From the NCBI GenBank assembly GCA_963665125.2, contig CAXXUK010000001.1:768001-832000 (forward strand): a DNA stretch of 64,000 nucleotides, written 5' to 3'. The notes under the pieces were generated by a model. That model searched no databases, was not told the origin of the DNA, and was given only the letters and a program-made list of their open reading frames with translations. Origin of the DNA: an uncultured Desulfarculus sp. (GTDB lineage Bacteria > Desulfobacterota > Desulfarculia > Desulfarculales > Desulfarculaceae). The translations under genes and the position numbers were made by a program. Every line of letters starts with the position of its first letter. Positions within the stretch are counted from its first letter, which is position 1. Positions 26,146 to 35,232 of the stretch are shown one piece after another.

Positions 26146-27954
26146 TTAATTGTCGGTATCGCTTTGCAACACGGCCAAAAACGCCTTTTGGGGTATCGGC
26201 ACGTTGCCCACCAGCTTCATGCGCTTTTTTCCAGCCTTTTGTTTTTCCAGCAGTTTTCGCTTGCGGCTGACGTCGCCGCCATAGCATTTGGCCGTAACAT
26301 CCTTGCGGAAGGCGTTGATGGTGCTGCGAGCAATGATCGTGCCTCCGATGGCCCCCTGGATGGCGATTTTGAACTGCTGGCGGGGTATTGAATCCTTGAG
26401 CTTGTTGACCGCGTGCAGGGCCCTGGCGCGGGCGCCGTCGCGGTGGACCAGCATGGACAGGGCGTCGACCTTTTCGCCGTTGACCAGGATGTCGAGCTTG
26501 ACCAGATCCGAGCGGCGGTAGTTCAGAGGTTCGAAGTCGAACGAGCCGTAGCCCTGGGTCACTGTCTTGAGCTTGTCGTAGAAATCGTAGATGATTTCGG
26601 CCAGGGGCAACTCGCTTATGATCTCCACGCGGCCCGGCGTGGGATAGCTCATGGTGTTGCCCTCGCCGCGGCGTTCCAGGCAAAGCTGCATCACCGAGCC
26701 GATATAGCGCTCTGGCATGAGGATCGAGGCCCGCACATATGGCTCTTCACAAAAGTCGATGGACGCCGGGTCGGGATACAGGGCCGGGTTTTCGATATCC
26801 TTGATTTCGCCGTCGTTCATATGGATGATGTAACGCACGCTGGGCGCGGTGAGGATAAGGCTTAGGCCGAATTCCCGCTCCAGGCGCTCCTGGACTACCT
26901 CCAGATGCAACAGGCCCAGGAAGCCGCAACGGAATCCCGTACCCAGGGCCTGGGAATAGTCTTTTTGATAGGTCAGGCTGGCGTCGTTGAGCTTGAGCTT
27001 GTCAATGGCGTCGACCAGTTCGGGGTAATCGTCGGTGGCCACGGGATAAATCGAGGAAAACACCACCGGTTTGGCTTCCTGAAAGCCGGGCAGGGGCCCT
27101 GATGCCGGGGCGTTGTCGTCGGTGATGGTGTCGCCCACGTCCACGTCGCTGACGGCCTTGACTCCGGCGATGATGTAGCCCACCTGGCCCGCCCTGAGCT
27201 GCTTTACCACCTTGCGCTGCACGCCGAACAGACCCACCTCCTCCACGCGGTAGACGGCTCCGCCGTACATGAAGCGGATCATATGACCAGGCTGGACGGC
27301 TCCCTCCATGATCCGCGCCGAGATGATCGTGCCCCGGTACGGATCGTACTGGGCGTCGAAGATAAGGGCCTGCAACGGCGCGCCAGCATCGCCTTTGGGC
27401 GGCGGAAGCTGTTCGACAATAGCCTCCAGCACGGCCTCGATGTTGGTGCCCTGCTTGGCCGACACGGCGATGGCCGCATCACCGTCCAGGCCCAGATCCT
27501 CGGTGATCTGCATGCGGGTGCCGTCGACATCGGCGCTGATCAGGTCGATCTTGTTGATCACCGGCACGATCTCCAGGTCGTGCTCCATGGCCAGATACAT
27601 GTTGGCCAGGGTCTGGGCCTCCACACCCTGGGATGCGTCGACGATCAGCAAGACGCCTTCGCAGGAGGCCAGGGCCCGGGACACCTCGTAGGTGAAGTCC
27701 ACGTGGCCGGGGGTGTCGATGAGGTTGAGTTCGTATATCTCGCCGTTCTTGGCGGTGTAGGGCAGGGTGATGGCCTGGCTCTTGATGGTGATGCCCCGCT
27801 CTCGCTCCAGGTACATGTTGTCCAAAAGCTGATTTTGGAACTGGCGGTCTTCCACCGCGCCGCAGGCCTGGATCAGGCGGTCGGCCAAGGTTGATTTGCC
27901 GTGGTCGATGTGGGCGATGATGCTGAAATTGCGGGTATGTTCGCGGTCTGCCAA
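26146..27954 (-). CDS. lepA: Elongation factor 4
   Basis: AHIDHGKSTLADR, DTPGHVDF, NKID, GFLGLLH, KCYGGD.SRK.KLLEKQK.GK; TTG start after GAGGAGG. Confidence 0.98.
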   Translation of the reverse strand: MADREHTRNFSIIAHIDHGKSTLADRLIQACGAVEDRQFQNQLLDNMYLERERGITIKSQAITLPYTAKNGEIYELNLIDTPGHVDFTYEVSRALASCEGVLLIVDASQGVEAQTLANMYLAMEHDLEIVPVINKIDLISADVDGTRMQITEDLGLDGDAAIAVSAKQGTNIEAVLEAIVEQLPPPKGDAGAPLQALIFDAQYDPYRGTIISARIMEGAVQPGHMIRFMYGGAVYRVEEVGLFGVQRKVVKQLRAGQVGYIIAGVKAVSDVDVGDTITDDNAPASGPLPGFQEAKPVVFSSIYPVATDDYPELVDAIDKLKLNDASLTYQKDYSQALGTGFRCGFLGLLHLEVVQERLEREFGLSLILTAPSVRYIIHMNDGEIKDIENPALYPDPASIDFCEEPYVRASILMPERYIGSVMQLCLERRGEGNTMSYPTPGRVEIISELPLAEIIYDFYDKLKTVTQGYGSFDFEPLNYRRSDLVKLDILVNGEKVDALSMLVHRDGARARALHAVNKLKDSIPRQQFKIAIQGAIGGTIIARSTINAFRKDVTAKCYGGDVSRKRKLLEKQKAGKKRMKLVGNVPIPQKAFLAVLQSDTDN

Positions 27955-27988
27955 GAGCGGGCCTCCTCATATATTAGACTGACTTGGG

Positions 27989-28017
27989 AGGATAACCTTG
28001 GCAACGTGTTTCGTCAA
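27989..28017 (-). promoter_or_regulatory. Putative sigma70 promoter for lepA
   Basis: TTGACG-17 nt-TATCCT. Confidence 0.6.
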
Positions 28018-28058
28018 CTTGGGACAGGGTAAAACAGAGGACAGATAGTGGTTAATAG

Positions 28059-28098
28059 AAAAAAAGCCCGGCCCCGCCCAATGCGGAACCGGACTTTT
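28059..28098 (-). terminator. Intrinsic terminator
   Basis: Minus strand GUCCGGUUCCGC-loop-GCGGGGCCGGGC followed by a U tract. Confidence 0.7.
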
Positions 28099-28297
28099 AG
28101 ACCCGGCTATTTGAATGTTTTTCAAATAAGTTTTGGTGCTTATGGTTATTTAAAGCCCGTGGCTGTCAAACAACCTTTTCAGCACAAAGTGTTTAATCTG
28201 TATAGCCTTCCTCCTGTCCGGCGGTTTGACGCCATTGATTTGGTTGGTATATCCTTGGCCGCCAAGCTTGCCGCTTGGACAGGCCGTTTCGATGCAT

Positions 28298-28558
28298 TCA
28301 TGCCCGGCCGGTCAAGCGCCTGATGCGCAGTACGCCGCGGCCCTGTTCCACCTGACGGGTGGAAAGCTCGAAACAAGTGCCATCGAGAATTTTGGCCAGG
28401 TTCAGGGGCAGGTCGTCGTCGTCGTATTGGACCTCCAGACACTGGCCGATGGCCATGCAGCGCAATTGCCGCCTCACCAGCAAAATACTCCACACCGTGC
28501 CGCGCCCCCTGGCGTCCAGGTTTTCGAGGCTGCTGAATGTGGATATTTGCCGGTCCAT
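28298..28558 (-). CDS. TusA-like protein lacking the CPxP cysteine
   Basis: LDARGRGTVWSIL..RRQL..M..GQCLEVQYDD pattern. ATG 28558 follows GGAG (alternative 28579). Confidence 0.6.
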   Translation of the reverse strand: MDRQISTFSSLENLDARGRGTVWSILLVRRQLRCMAIGQCLEVQYDDDDLPLNLAKILDGTCFELSTRQVEQGRGVLRIRRLTGRA

Positions 28559-28597
28559 GTGTTCTCCGTTGATTGACATTGTCCCTGCCTATTTATC

Positions 28598-28613
28598 AGC
28601 AAGAGCCAGGCCA
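28598..28613 (-). promoter_or_regulatory. Putative sigma54 promoter
   Basis: TGGCCT-GGCTC-TTGCT (GG-N10-GC), divergent from a sigma54 activator gene. Confidence 0.65.
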
Positions 28614-28743
28614 AATTGCTATCATCTGTAATTGTTGGAAATAACGATATTAATTACCTGGTACAAATTTATTTGTGCGGAAAACGTTAATCGTTGTTAA
28701 CATATTGACACAAATATCGCTAACTAGTGTTAATGGTGTGAAC

Positions 28744-30141
28744 ATGAGTCAAAACAATATCAGCGAGGAATACAGCCAATACTGGCAGACGGTCATCGAG
28801 ACCATGGAAGACGGCCTGATGGTGGTGGATTCCGATGGCGTGATAATAAGCGTTAATCCCGCGATGGCCAAACTCACCGGCTATGAGGCCGACGAACTGG
28901 TGGGCAACTCATGCCGCATGCTCAACTGTGATTCCTGCACCTACAGCCGTAACGCCGCCGACGGCGCCCATTGCGAGTTGTTCAGGGACGGTCAGATCCG
29001 GCGCTGCAAATGCACCCTGCGCCGCAGGGACGGCTCGCCGTTGCACGTGATGAAAAACGCGGCTGTGATCAATGACGGCCAGGGCAATTTCCTGGGCGGC
29101 GTGGAAACGCTCACCGACCTCAGCGAGGTCAAGGCCAAGGAGCGCGAATTGGCCGATCTGCGCCGGGAGATGGCCATCGAGTCCGAGTTCGAGGGCCTGG
29201 TGGGCCGCTCGCCCCAGATGCTGGGCCTGTTCAACCTGATCCGCAGCGCGGCCGAATCCGACGCCCCGGTGCTGATCCAGGGCGAAAGCGGCACGGGCAA
29301 GGAGATGATCGCCAATGCCCTGCACCGCCTGGGGCCCAGGGCGGCCGGTCCGTTCATCAAGGTCAACTGCGCCTCCCTGAATGAATCGTTATTGGAAAGT
29401 GAGTTGTTCGGCCACGTCAAAGGGGCCTTCACCGGGGCCGACAAGACCCGCCAGGGCCGCTTCGAGGCCGCGGCGGGCGGTGATTTCATGCTGGACGAGG
29501 TGGGCGATCTGCCCCCCCACACCCAGGTCAAGCTGCTGCGGGTGTTGCAGGAAAAAATCATCGAAAAGGTCGGCGACCACATGCCCGTTCCGGTGGATGT
29601 TCGCATCATCTCGGCCACCAACAAGGACCTCAAAACCTTGGTGGGGGAGGGTGCCTTCCGCGAGGACCTGTTCTACCGGGTGGCGGTGATTCCCATCCGG
29701 GTGCCTTCCCTGCGGGAGCGGCGGGAAGACATACCGCTTCTGGTGGAGACCTTTGTCACCCGCATCGCCAAGCGGACCGGCAAGGCCATATCGGGCGTCA
29801 GCCGGGCGGCCATGAACATCTTGGAAATCTACCACTGGCCCGGCAACGTGCGGGAACTGATCAACGTCATTGAATACGCCTTTGTGGTCTGTCCGGGCGG
29901 CGTTATCCAACCCGAGCATTTGCCCGAAAGCCTGGGCCCGGTGCTCAACGGCTCGTGCGCCCTGCCGGTCAGCGCCCCAACTCCGGGGCGGCCCGTGGAT
30001 GAGCGGGGCCGGATCATCGAGGCCCTGCGGGCCAGCGGCGGCAGAAAGCAGGCCGCGGCCGATATGCTGGGCATCAGCCGGGTGACCCTGTGGAAGCGCA
30101 TCAACAAGTACGGCATCGAGGTGGACAGCGTGGTGCGGTGA
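28744..30141 (+). CDS. Sigma54-dependent enhancer-binding protein with a Cys-rich PAS domain and Fis HTH
   Basis: GESGTGKE, ESELFGHVKGAFTGA, LDEVGD, FREDLFYR, WPGNVREL, LGISRVTLWKR. Confidence 0.95.
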   Translation: MSQNNISEEYSQYWQTVIETMEDGLMVVDSDGVIISVNPAMAKLTGYEADELVGNSCRMLNCDSCTYSRNAADGAHCELFRDGQIRRCKCTLRRRDGSPLHVMKNAAVINDGQGNFLGGVETLTDLSEVKAKERELADLRREMAIESEFEGLVGRSPQMLGLFNLIRSAAESDAPVLIQGESGTGKEMIANALHRLGPRAAGPFIKVNCASLNESLLESELFGHVKGAFTGADKTRQGRFEAAAGGDFMLDEVGDLPPHTQVKLLRVLQEKIIEKVGDHMPVPVDVRIISATNKDLKTLVGEGAFREDLFYRVAVIPIRVPSLRERREDIPLLVETFVTRIAKRTGKAISGVSRAAMNILEIYHWPGNVRELINVIEYAFVVCPGGVIQPEHLPESLGPVLNGSCALPVSAPTPGRPVDERGRIIEALRASGGRKQAAADMLGISRVTLWKRINKYGIEVDSVVR

Positions 30142-30225
30142 GCCTTTAGAGGGCCTGATATTAGCATTGTTTAATGGCCTGTTTTGTGCTGTATATTGAC
30201 AATCTGTTTAGAAAAGGGGGGCGAA

Positions 30226-31254
30226 ATGGAGGTGGAATTTCATTATTATGTTACTTATCTGATCGCGGCCAAGGCAGGCTTCCAACAAAAAGACGCGCTG
30301 ACGATTGCCTATGCTTCGCAATATGTCGACGATAACGACGTTGTCCTCGAAGTGGACAAGGACTCACCAGATACTTCCTATAATAATTACATTAGCCAGA
30401 CGCTCAACATCCTCAAACCCAAGCCCGAACTATATCGAATTTATCCTATATTCCATTTCATTCCGGGAGACCCGTTGTTTGAAGGGGCTTGCCGCAAAGA
30501 CGGCTGCATGCATTGGCTCAACACTACTCCCAATAGCGAAAATGCCAACAAAATCGTTGACGCCGCTCTGGATACCGGTGATTTGTACCGCATCGGCATA
30601 GCCATGCATGGATATGCCGACACCTGGGCCCATCAGAATTTCGTGGGCTATTATTCTGCCCATAACGGCATGGGCGAATTGCTGCCCAACATCGGGCATG
30701 CCGACGCCAAACATGACCCGGACCTGCCTGGACTGATCTGGCTGGACCCCAGGCTCAAGCACGGCATCGTCGATAACACCAAACGATTCCTCGACGCAGC
30801 CCAAAACATGCTGGCCAAGCTGCTTTCCTTAACCAAACCGGGCATGAGTGAAGAAGATGTTGCAAGCCTGCAGAATAGCTTGAGAGACGATTTGGCCGGG
30901 GCCATCGGCGGACCGGATTACGGCAATGCGAAAAAAGGCCAGCGGATTAAAAATTATATCAATCTGTCTTGTAATGAAGAATACGGAGGGCTGCCGCTGG
31001 CTAAATACGACGAGGACGAATGGATCAGTGGTGCCATCGATGAGACGGTCAATGGCCTTAGTGACCGCCGCTCGGAGATGGTCAGCAATTTCGTACTGTT
31101 CAAAGACGACTACCGGTGGAAATATCCAGCCGGTTATAAAGATACGCCGTGGTATCGGTTCCAGGAAGCAGTCAAGGAGCACCAAGCCTTTGCCATTGAC
31201 CTGCTGAAACAGACCAACCTGAGCCGCATGGAGCTTCCCGCTGAAAATTGGTGA
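30226..31254 (+). CDS. Uncharacterised protein (DUF6765-like)
   Basis: EFHYY.TY.IA..AGF, ASQYVDDN, FHFIPG, GIAMHGYADTWAHQNF, IGHADA...PD. Confidence 0.7.
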   Translation: MEVEFHYYVTYLIAAKAGFQQKDALTIAYASQYVDDNDVVLEVDKDSPDTSYNNYISQTLNILKPKPELYRIYPIFHFIPGDPLFEGACRKDGCMHWLNTTPNSENANKIVDAALDTGDLYRIGIAMHGYADTWAHQNFVGYYSAHNGMGELLPNIGHADAKHDPDLPGLIWLDPRLKHGIVDNTKRFLDAAQNMLAKLLSLTKPGMSEEDVASLQNSLRDDLAGAIGGPDYGNAKKGQRIKNYINLSCNEEYGGLPLAKYDEDEWISGAIDETVNGLSDRRSEMVSNFVLFKDDYRWKYPAGYKDTPWYRFQEAVKEHQAFAIDLLKQTNLSRMELPAENW

Positions 31255-31294
31255 TTAGATTTAGCGGACTTTTACTCACTGTCGCACAACAAAC

Positions 31295-31324
31295 AACCCC
31301 GGCCCCATTATGGAGCCGGGGTTT
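31295..31324. terminator. Bidirectional terminator
   Basis: AACCCCGGCCCCA-TTA-TGGAGCCGGGGTTT between convergent genes. Confidence 0.7.
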
Positions 31325-31343
31325 CAACTTTTTGCCGGTCGCC

Positions 31344-32744
31344 TCAGCAGTGACGCCTGACCTTGCCTTTTTTCGCGGGCTGGGTGGGCTTGTAGTCGGG
31401 CTGGGCCGCGAAATGTTCCAGGGCCCGATCGATATCCTCCAGCAACATGTCGGCCATGTCCCGGCTCATGCCCTCCTTGACCACGATGCGGCAGACCACG
31501 ATGTCCTGGGCGTTTTCAGGCAGTGTGTAGGCGGGGACCAGCCAGCCCCGGTGCCTGAGCTGCTCGCTTAGGTCGAACAGGGTGTAATTTGTGGGCTTCT
31601 TGAGCTTCCAGGCGAACACCGGGATGTCCGATCCGTCGCTGAGTAGCTCGAAAGGCCCCAGCTTGGCTATGGCCGAGCTCAGGTACATGGCCACGTCCCG
31701 GCTGGCCTGCTGGATGCGCTGGTAGCCCTCCCGGCCCAGGCGCAGGAAATTGTAGTATTGGGCCACGATCTGGTTGCCGGGACGGCTGAAATTCAAGGCG
31801 AAGGTGGGCATCTCGCCGCCCAGGTAATTGACCTTGAAGATCAGCTCCTCGGGCAGGTCTTCCCAGGAGCGCCAGATGACCCAGCCCACGCCGGGGTAGA
31901 CCAAGCCGTATTTGTGGCCCGAGACGTTGATGCTCTTGACCCATTTCAGGCGAAAGTCCCATTCCAGCTCGGGCTGTAAAAACGGCGCCACAAAGGCCCC
32001 GCTGGCCCCGTCCACGTGAAGGGGGATGTCCCAGCCGGTTTTAGCGTTGAGCTCGTCCAGGGCGTCGTTGAAGCCCTGGATGTCCTCGTACTGGCCGGTG
32101 AAGGTGGTGCCCAGGATGCCCACGACGCCGATGGTGTTTTCATCGCAGAGTTCCACCATCTGCCCGGGCGTCATCATGTACTGGCCCGGCTCCATGGGCG
32201 CCAGACGGGGCTCCACCTCCCAGTAGCGGGCGAATTTTTCCCAGCAAACCTGCACGTCGATGCCCATGACCAGGTTGGGCTTGTCCGTGGGTTTGCCCTT
32301 GGCCTGCAAGCGTTTTTTCCACTGCCACTTCATGGCCATGCCGCCCAGCATGGCCGCCTCGGACGAACCGATCGTGGAGCATCCGGCGTGGTTGGCCTCC
32401 TCCGGCGCGTTGAACAGATGCGCCAGCATGTTCACACAGCGCATTTCCAGTTCGGCGGTCTGGGGGTATTCGTCCTTGTCGATCATGTTCTTGTCGAACG
32501 TCTCGGACATAAGCTGCCTGGCTTCGGGCTCCATCCAGGTGGTGACGAAGGTGGCTAGGTTGAGCCGGGAGTTGCCGTCGAGCATCAATTCGTCGTGTAC
32601 GACGTTGTAAGCAGTGCCGGGGCTCATTTCGTTTTGGGGCATCTCAAAGCGTGGTATGGCCGATGTCAGGGCCCGGCTGCCGTATGTGGGCGTCAGGTAG
32701 GGCGAATTGCGGTATCTGGCTCGGTCTGATTTGCGGTGGATCAT
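31344..32744 (-). CDS. gadB: Glutamate decarboxylase (PLP-dependent)
   Basis: NLATFVTTWME, KNMIDKDEYPQT, GSSEA, HVDGASG, SINVSGHKYG, TFALNFSRP. Confidence 0.96.
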   Translation of the reverse strand: MIHRKSDRARYRNSPYLTPTYGSRALTSAIPRFEMPQNEMSPGTAYNVVHDELMLDGNSRLNLATFVTTWMEPEARQLMSETFDKNMIDKDEYPQTAELEMRCVNMLAHLFNAPEEANHAGCSTIGSSEAAMLGGMAMKWQWKKRLQAKGKPTDKPNLVMGIDVQVCWEKFARYWEVEPRLAPMEPGQYMMTPGQMVELCDENTIGVVGILGTTFTGQYEDIQGFNDALDELNAKTGWDIPLHVDGASGAFVAPFLQPELEWDFRLKWVKSINVSGHKYGLVYPGVGWVIWRSWEDLPEELIFKVNYLGGEMPTFALNFSRPGNQIVAQYYNFLRLGREGYQRIQQASRDVAMYLSSAIAKLGPFELLSDGSDIPVFAWKLKKPTNYTLFDLSEQLRHRGWLVPAYTLPENAQDIVVCRIVVKEGMSRDMADMLLEDIDRALEHFAAQPDYKPTQPAKKGKVRRHC

Positions 32745-32873
32745 ACGGTACCCCTTGATAGGAATGAGAAGGATTCGGGCGGCGCTGCCGACCTACGATA
32801 TTTCTTGTGCCGAAACGGCCGGGTGGTTCATAATCAACGCCATTGTTACCAGATAATCAAGGAGACACCGCCA

Positions 32874-33680
32874 ATGCGCAAGACTGTTGTTATTTTATTG
32901 ACCCTTTTGGCCCTGGTTTGCGCCCTGTCCGTCACTGCATATGCAGGCCCCACTCTGGACCGCATCAAGCAAAGCGGTGAGATCCGCATAGGCACCTGCC
33001 CCACCATACCGCCGTTCAGCGCCAAGGCCAAAAACGGCATGATCATAGGCTATGACGCCGACGTGGCCAACATTTTGGCCGGGGCCATGGATATCAAGCT
33101 CCGCTTTGTGGAGATGCCCTTTCCCGAGCTGTTGAACGCCCTGGAGCAGGACAAGATCGACGCCATCATCAGCGCCATGACCATTACCCCGAAACGCAAT
33201 ATGCGGGTTGCCTTCTCTGGTCCGTATTTTGTTTCCGGCCAGACTGTCCTGGGCACCGACGCCCTGATGGCCAAGATCAACGGACGGGAAGACCTCAACT
33301 CCGACAAGTATTCGGTGACGGCCGCCGAAGACACGACGTCGTTGAACGCGGCGGAAAAGCTTCTTTCAAAGGCCAAGCTGGTCGAGACCGCCGACCCCGA
33401 GGCCAGCCTCAAGCTGTTGCTGGATAAGAAGGTCGACATGATGATGGTCGACTACGGTTTCGCGGCCATGGCCGCCTTCCGCTACAAGGACAAAGGCCTG
33501 GCAGTGATCGGCAAGCCTTTCACCTTTGAGCCCTACGGCATCGCCATCAAGGCCGGCGACCCGGAACTGACCAATCTGCTGGACAACTTTTTGCTGGTTT
33601 TTCACGGCAGCGGCCAACAGAAGCTGGTTGAGGAACGCTGGTTCCAGAGGGCTTCCTGGATGAAGGAGTTGGCCGAGTAG
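32874..33680 (+). CDS. Polar amino-acid ABC substrate-binding protein (family 3)
   Basis: Signal peptide; TLDRIK..G.IRIG, PPFS, GYDAD, MTITPKR, FSGPY, EPYGIA. Confidence 0.88.
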   Translation: MRKTVVILLTLLALVCALSVTAYAGPTLDRIKQSGEIRIGTCPTIPPFSAKAKNGMIIGYDADVANILAGAMDIKLRFVEMPFPELLNALEQDKIDAIISAMTITPKRNMRVAFSGPYFVSGQTVLGTDALMAKINGREDLNSDKYSVTAAEDTTSLNAAEKLLSKAKLVETADPEASLKLLLDKKVDMMMVDYGFAAMAAFRYKDKGLAVIGKPFTFEPYGIAIKAGDPELTNLLDNFLLVFHGSGQQKLVEERWFQRASWMKELAE

Positions 33681-33699
33681 ATCCGGCGTTACATGGCAA

Positions 33700-33729
33700 A
33701 AGAAAGGCCCCCGTGAGGGGGCTTTTCTT
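33700..33729. terminator. Bidirectional terminator
   Basis: AAGAAAGGCCCC-CGTGA-GGGGGCTTTTCTT. Confidence 0.75.
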
Positions 33730-33754
33730 ATTGGCTTGCCAGGAATTTGCCGGG

Positions 33755-35044
33755 CTAGTGCTTGAAGGCCCGCTGGCCGGTGAAGACCATGGCCACCGGC
33801 GGGTCGGCCTGGTTGCAGGCCTCGATTGACTCCCAGTCGCGCATGGCCCCGCCGGGATGGGCGATGCAGCCCACGCCCTGGGCCAGACCCACGTCGACGC
33901 CGTCCCGGAAGGGGAAGAACGCGTCGGAGATCATCACCGAGCCGGGCAGACCGGCCTTGTCGGCCTTGGTTCGGGCCATGATCTTGTCCATGAGTTCGGC
34001 GGGCTTTTCACCCTGGGCGATCTTGGCGGCCAGTTCGTCGAGCTTCAGGCCGTGCTCCCGCCAGCAGAGCTTGTTGGCGTATTTGGAATAGGCCTTGTCA
34101 ACGGCAATGCGGGCCACGCCCACGCGGTCCTGCTCGCCTGTGCCGATGCCCACCGTGCAGCCGTCTTTCACGTAGATTACGCTGTTGCTGGTAACGCCCT
34201 GCTCCACGGCCCAGCCGAACACCACGTCGGCCAGTTCTTGGGCCGTTGGCTGGCGTATGGGCTCATAGACCTTGCCGTCATGTTCGCACTTGGCGGGCAG
34301 CAGATCGCCGGCGGTCCTGATGGGGTTGAAGCTGGAGGTTTGCAAGACCATGCCGCCGTCGATGAGGCACTTGATATCCAGGAATCTCTTGTCGCGCCAC
34401 TGATCCAGCTCGGCGATGCGCGGTATGCGCAGGATGCGCAGGTTTTTGCGCGAGGCCAGGATGTCCAGGCTGCCTTCCTCATAGTCGGGTGCGGCCACCA
34501 CCTCCAGGTAAAGATCGCTCATCATCTCGGCCGCTGTCTTGTCCACCGGCCGGTTCAATACGGCCGCGCCGCCGAAGGCCGCGATGAGGTCGGCCATGAA
34601 TGCCCGGTGATAGGCAGTGGAGATGTCGTCGGCCACGGCCGCGCCGGAGGGGTTGTTGTGCTTCATGATCGCCGCGGCGGGTCGGTCCGTGAGGTAGCGC
34701 AAGATGTGCAGGGCGCCGTCAACGTCCGTCAGGTTGGTCTTGCCGGGATGCTTGCCCGCCTGAACCATCTGCGACTCGTCCAGGGCCGAGACCAAACCGC
34801 GGCCGGGCTCGATCAACTCGACATCGCCGACCTTGAGCCGGCCTTGGGCCAATTCGTACAGCGCTGCTTCCTGGCCGGGGTTTTCACCATAGCGAAGGCC
34901 TTTTTCCACCAGCCCGCCCTGGCCGTCGGAGAGCTTCCAGGCACGTTTTTGATATTTCAAGACGGTGTCGCCAACGGTGAGAGTCACTTCCGGCGGAAAA
35001 TGATCATCCATAACCGTGCGGTATTGTTTTTTTATATCGCTCAC
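33755..35044 (-). CDS. purH: PurH-family protein containing only the AICAR transformylase-like region
   Basis: LRYGENPGQ, KHNNPSG, AAFGG, LEVVAAP, SNSV, SDAFFPFRDG, RAFKH. No N-terminal MGS-like domain. GTG start after GGGAG. Confidence 0.85.
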   Translation of the reverse strand: MSDIKKQYRTVMDDHFPPEVTLTVGDTVLKYQKRAWKLSDGQGGLVEKGLRYGENPGQEAALYELAQGRLKVGDVELIEPGRGLVSALDESQMVQAGKHPGKTNLTDVDGALHILRYLTDRPAAAIMKHNNPSGAAVADDISTAYHRAFMADLIAAFGGAAVLNRPVDKTAAEMMSDLYLEVVAAPDYEEGSLDILASRKNLRILRIPRIAELDQWRDKRFLDIKCLIDGGMVLQTSSFNPIRTAGDLLPAKCEHDGKVYEPIRQPTAQELADVVFGWAVEQGVTSNSVIYVKDGCTVGIGTGEQDRVGVARIAVDKAYSKYANKLCWREHGLKLDELAAKIAQGEKPAELMDKIMARTKADKAGLPGSVMISDAFFPFRDGVDVGLAQGVGCIAHPGGAMRDWESIEACNQADPPVAMVFTGQRAFKH

Positions 35045-35088
35045 TGGGTTACTCCCACTGTAAGAGGTTTTTTGAAAATACACCGCAG

Positions 35089-35117
35089 ATTCTATGTATA
35101 TGGGCCCCCGCGGTCAA
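35089..35117 (-). promoter_or_regulatory. Putative sigma70 promoter for the purH-like gene
   Basis: TTGACC-17 nt-TAGAAT. Confidence 0.6.
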
Positions 35118-35232
35118 GAGCTTGGGCCAATGTTGTTGGGGTCCGCTGTATTGATGACCGAAAATATGAAATTATATGATAGCCTTTAATACTGAGCATG
35201 GTCATTTTGTCAAGGTTCGAAAGGTGTTGGCC

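Noticed and set aside
35045..35175. ZTP riboswitch upstream of the purH-like gene
   Set aside because: The predicted leader is only about 40 nt and lacks the motif.
33857..35179. 440 aa plus-strand ORF
   Set aside because: Antisense shadow of the purH-like gene.
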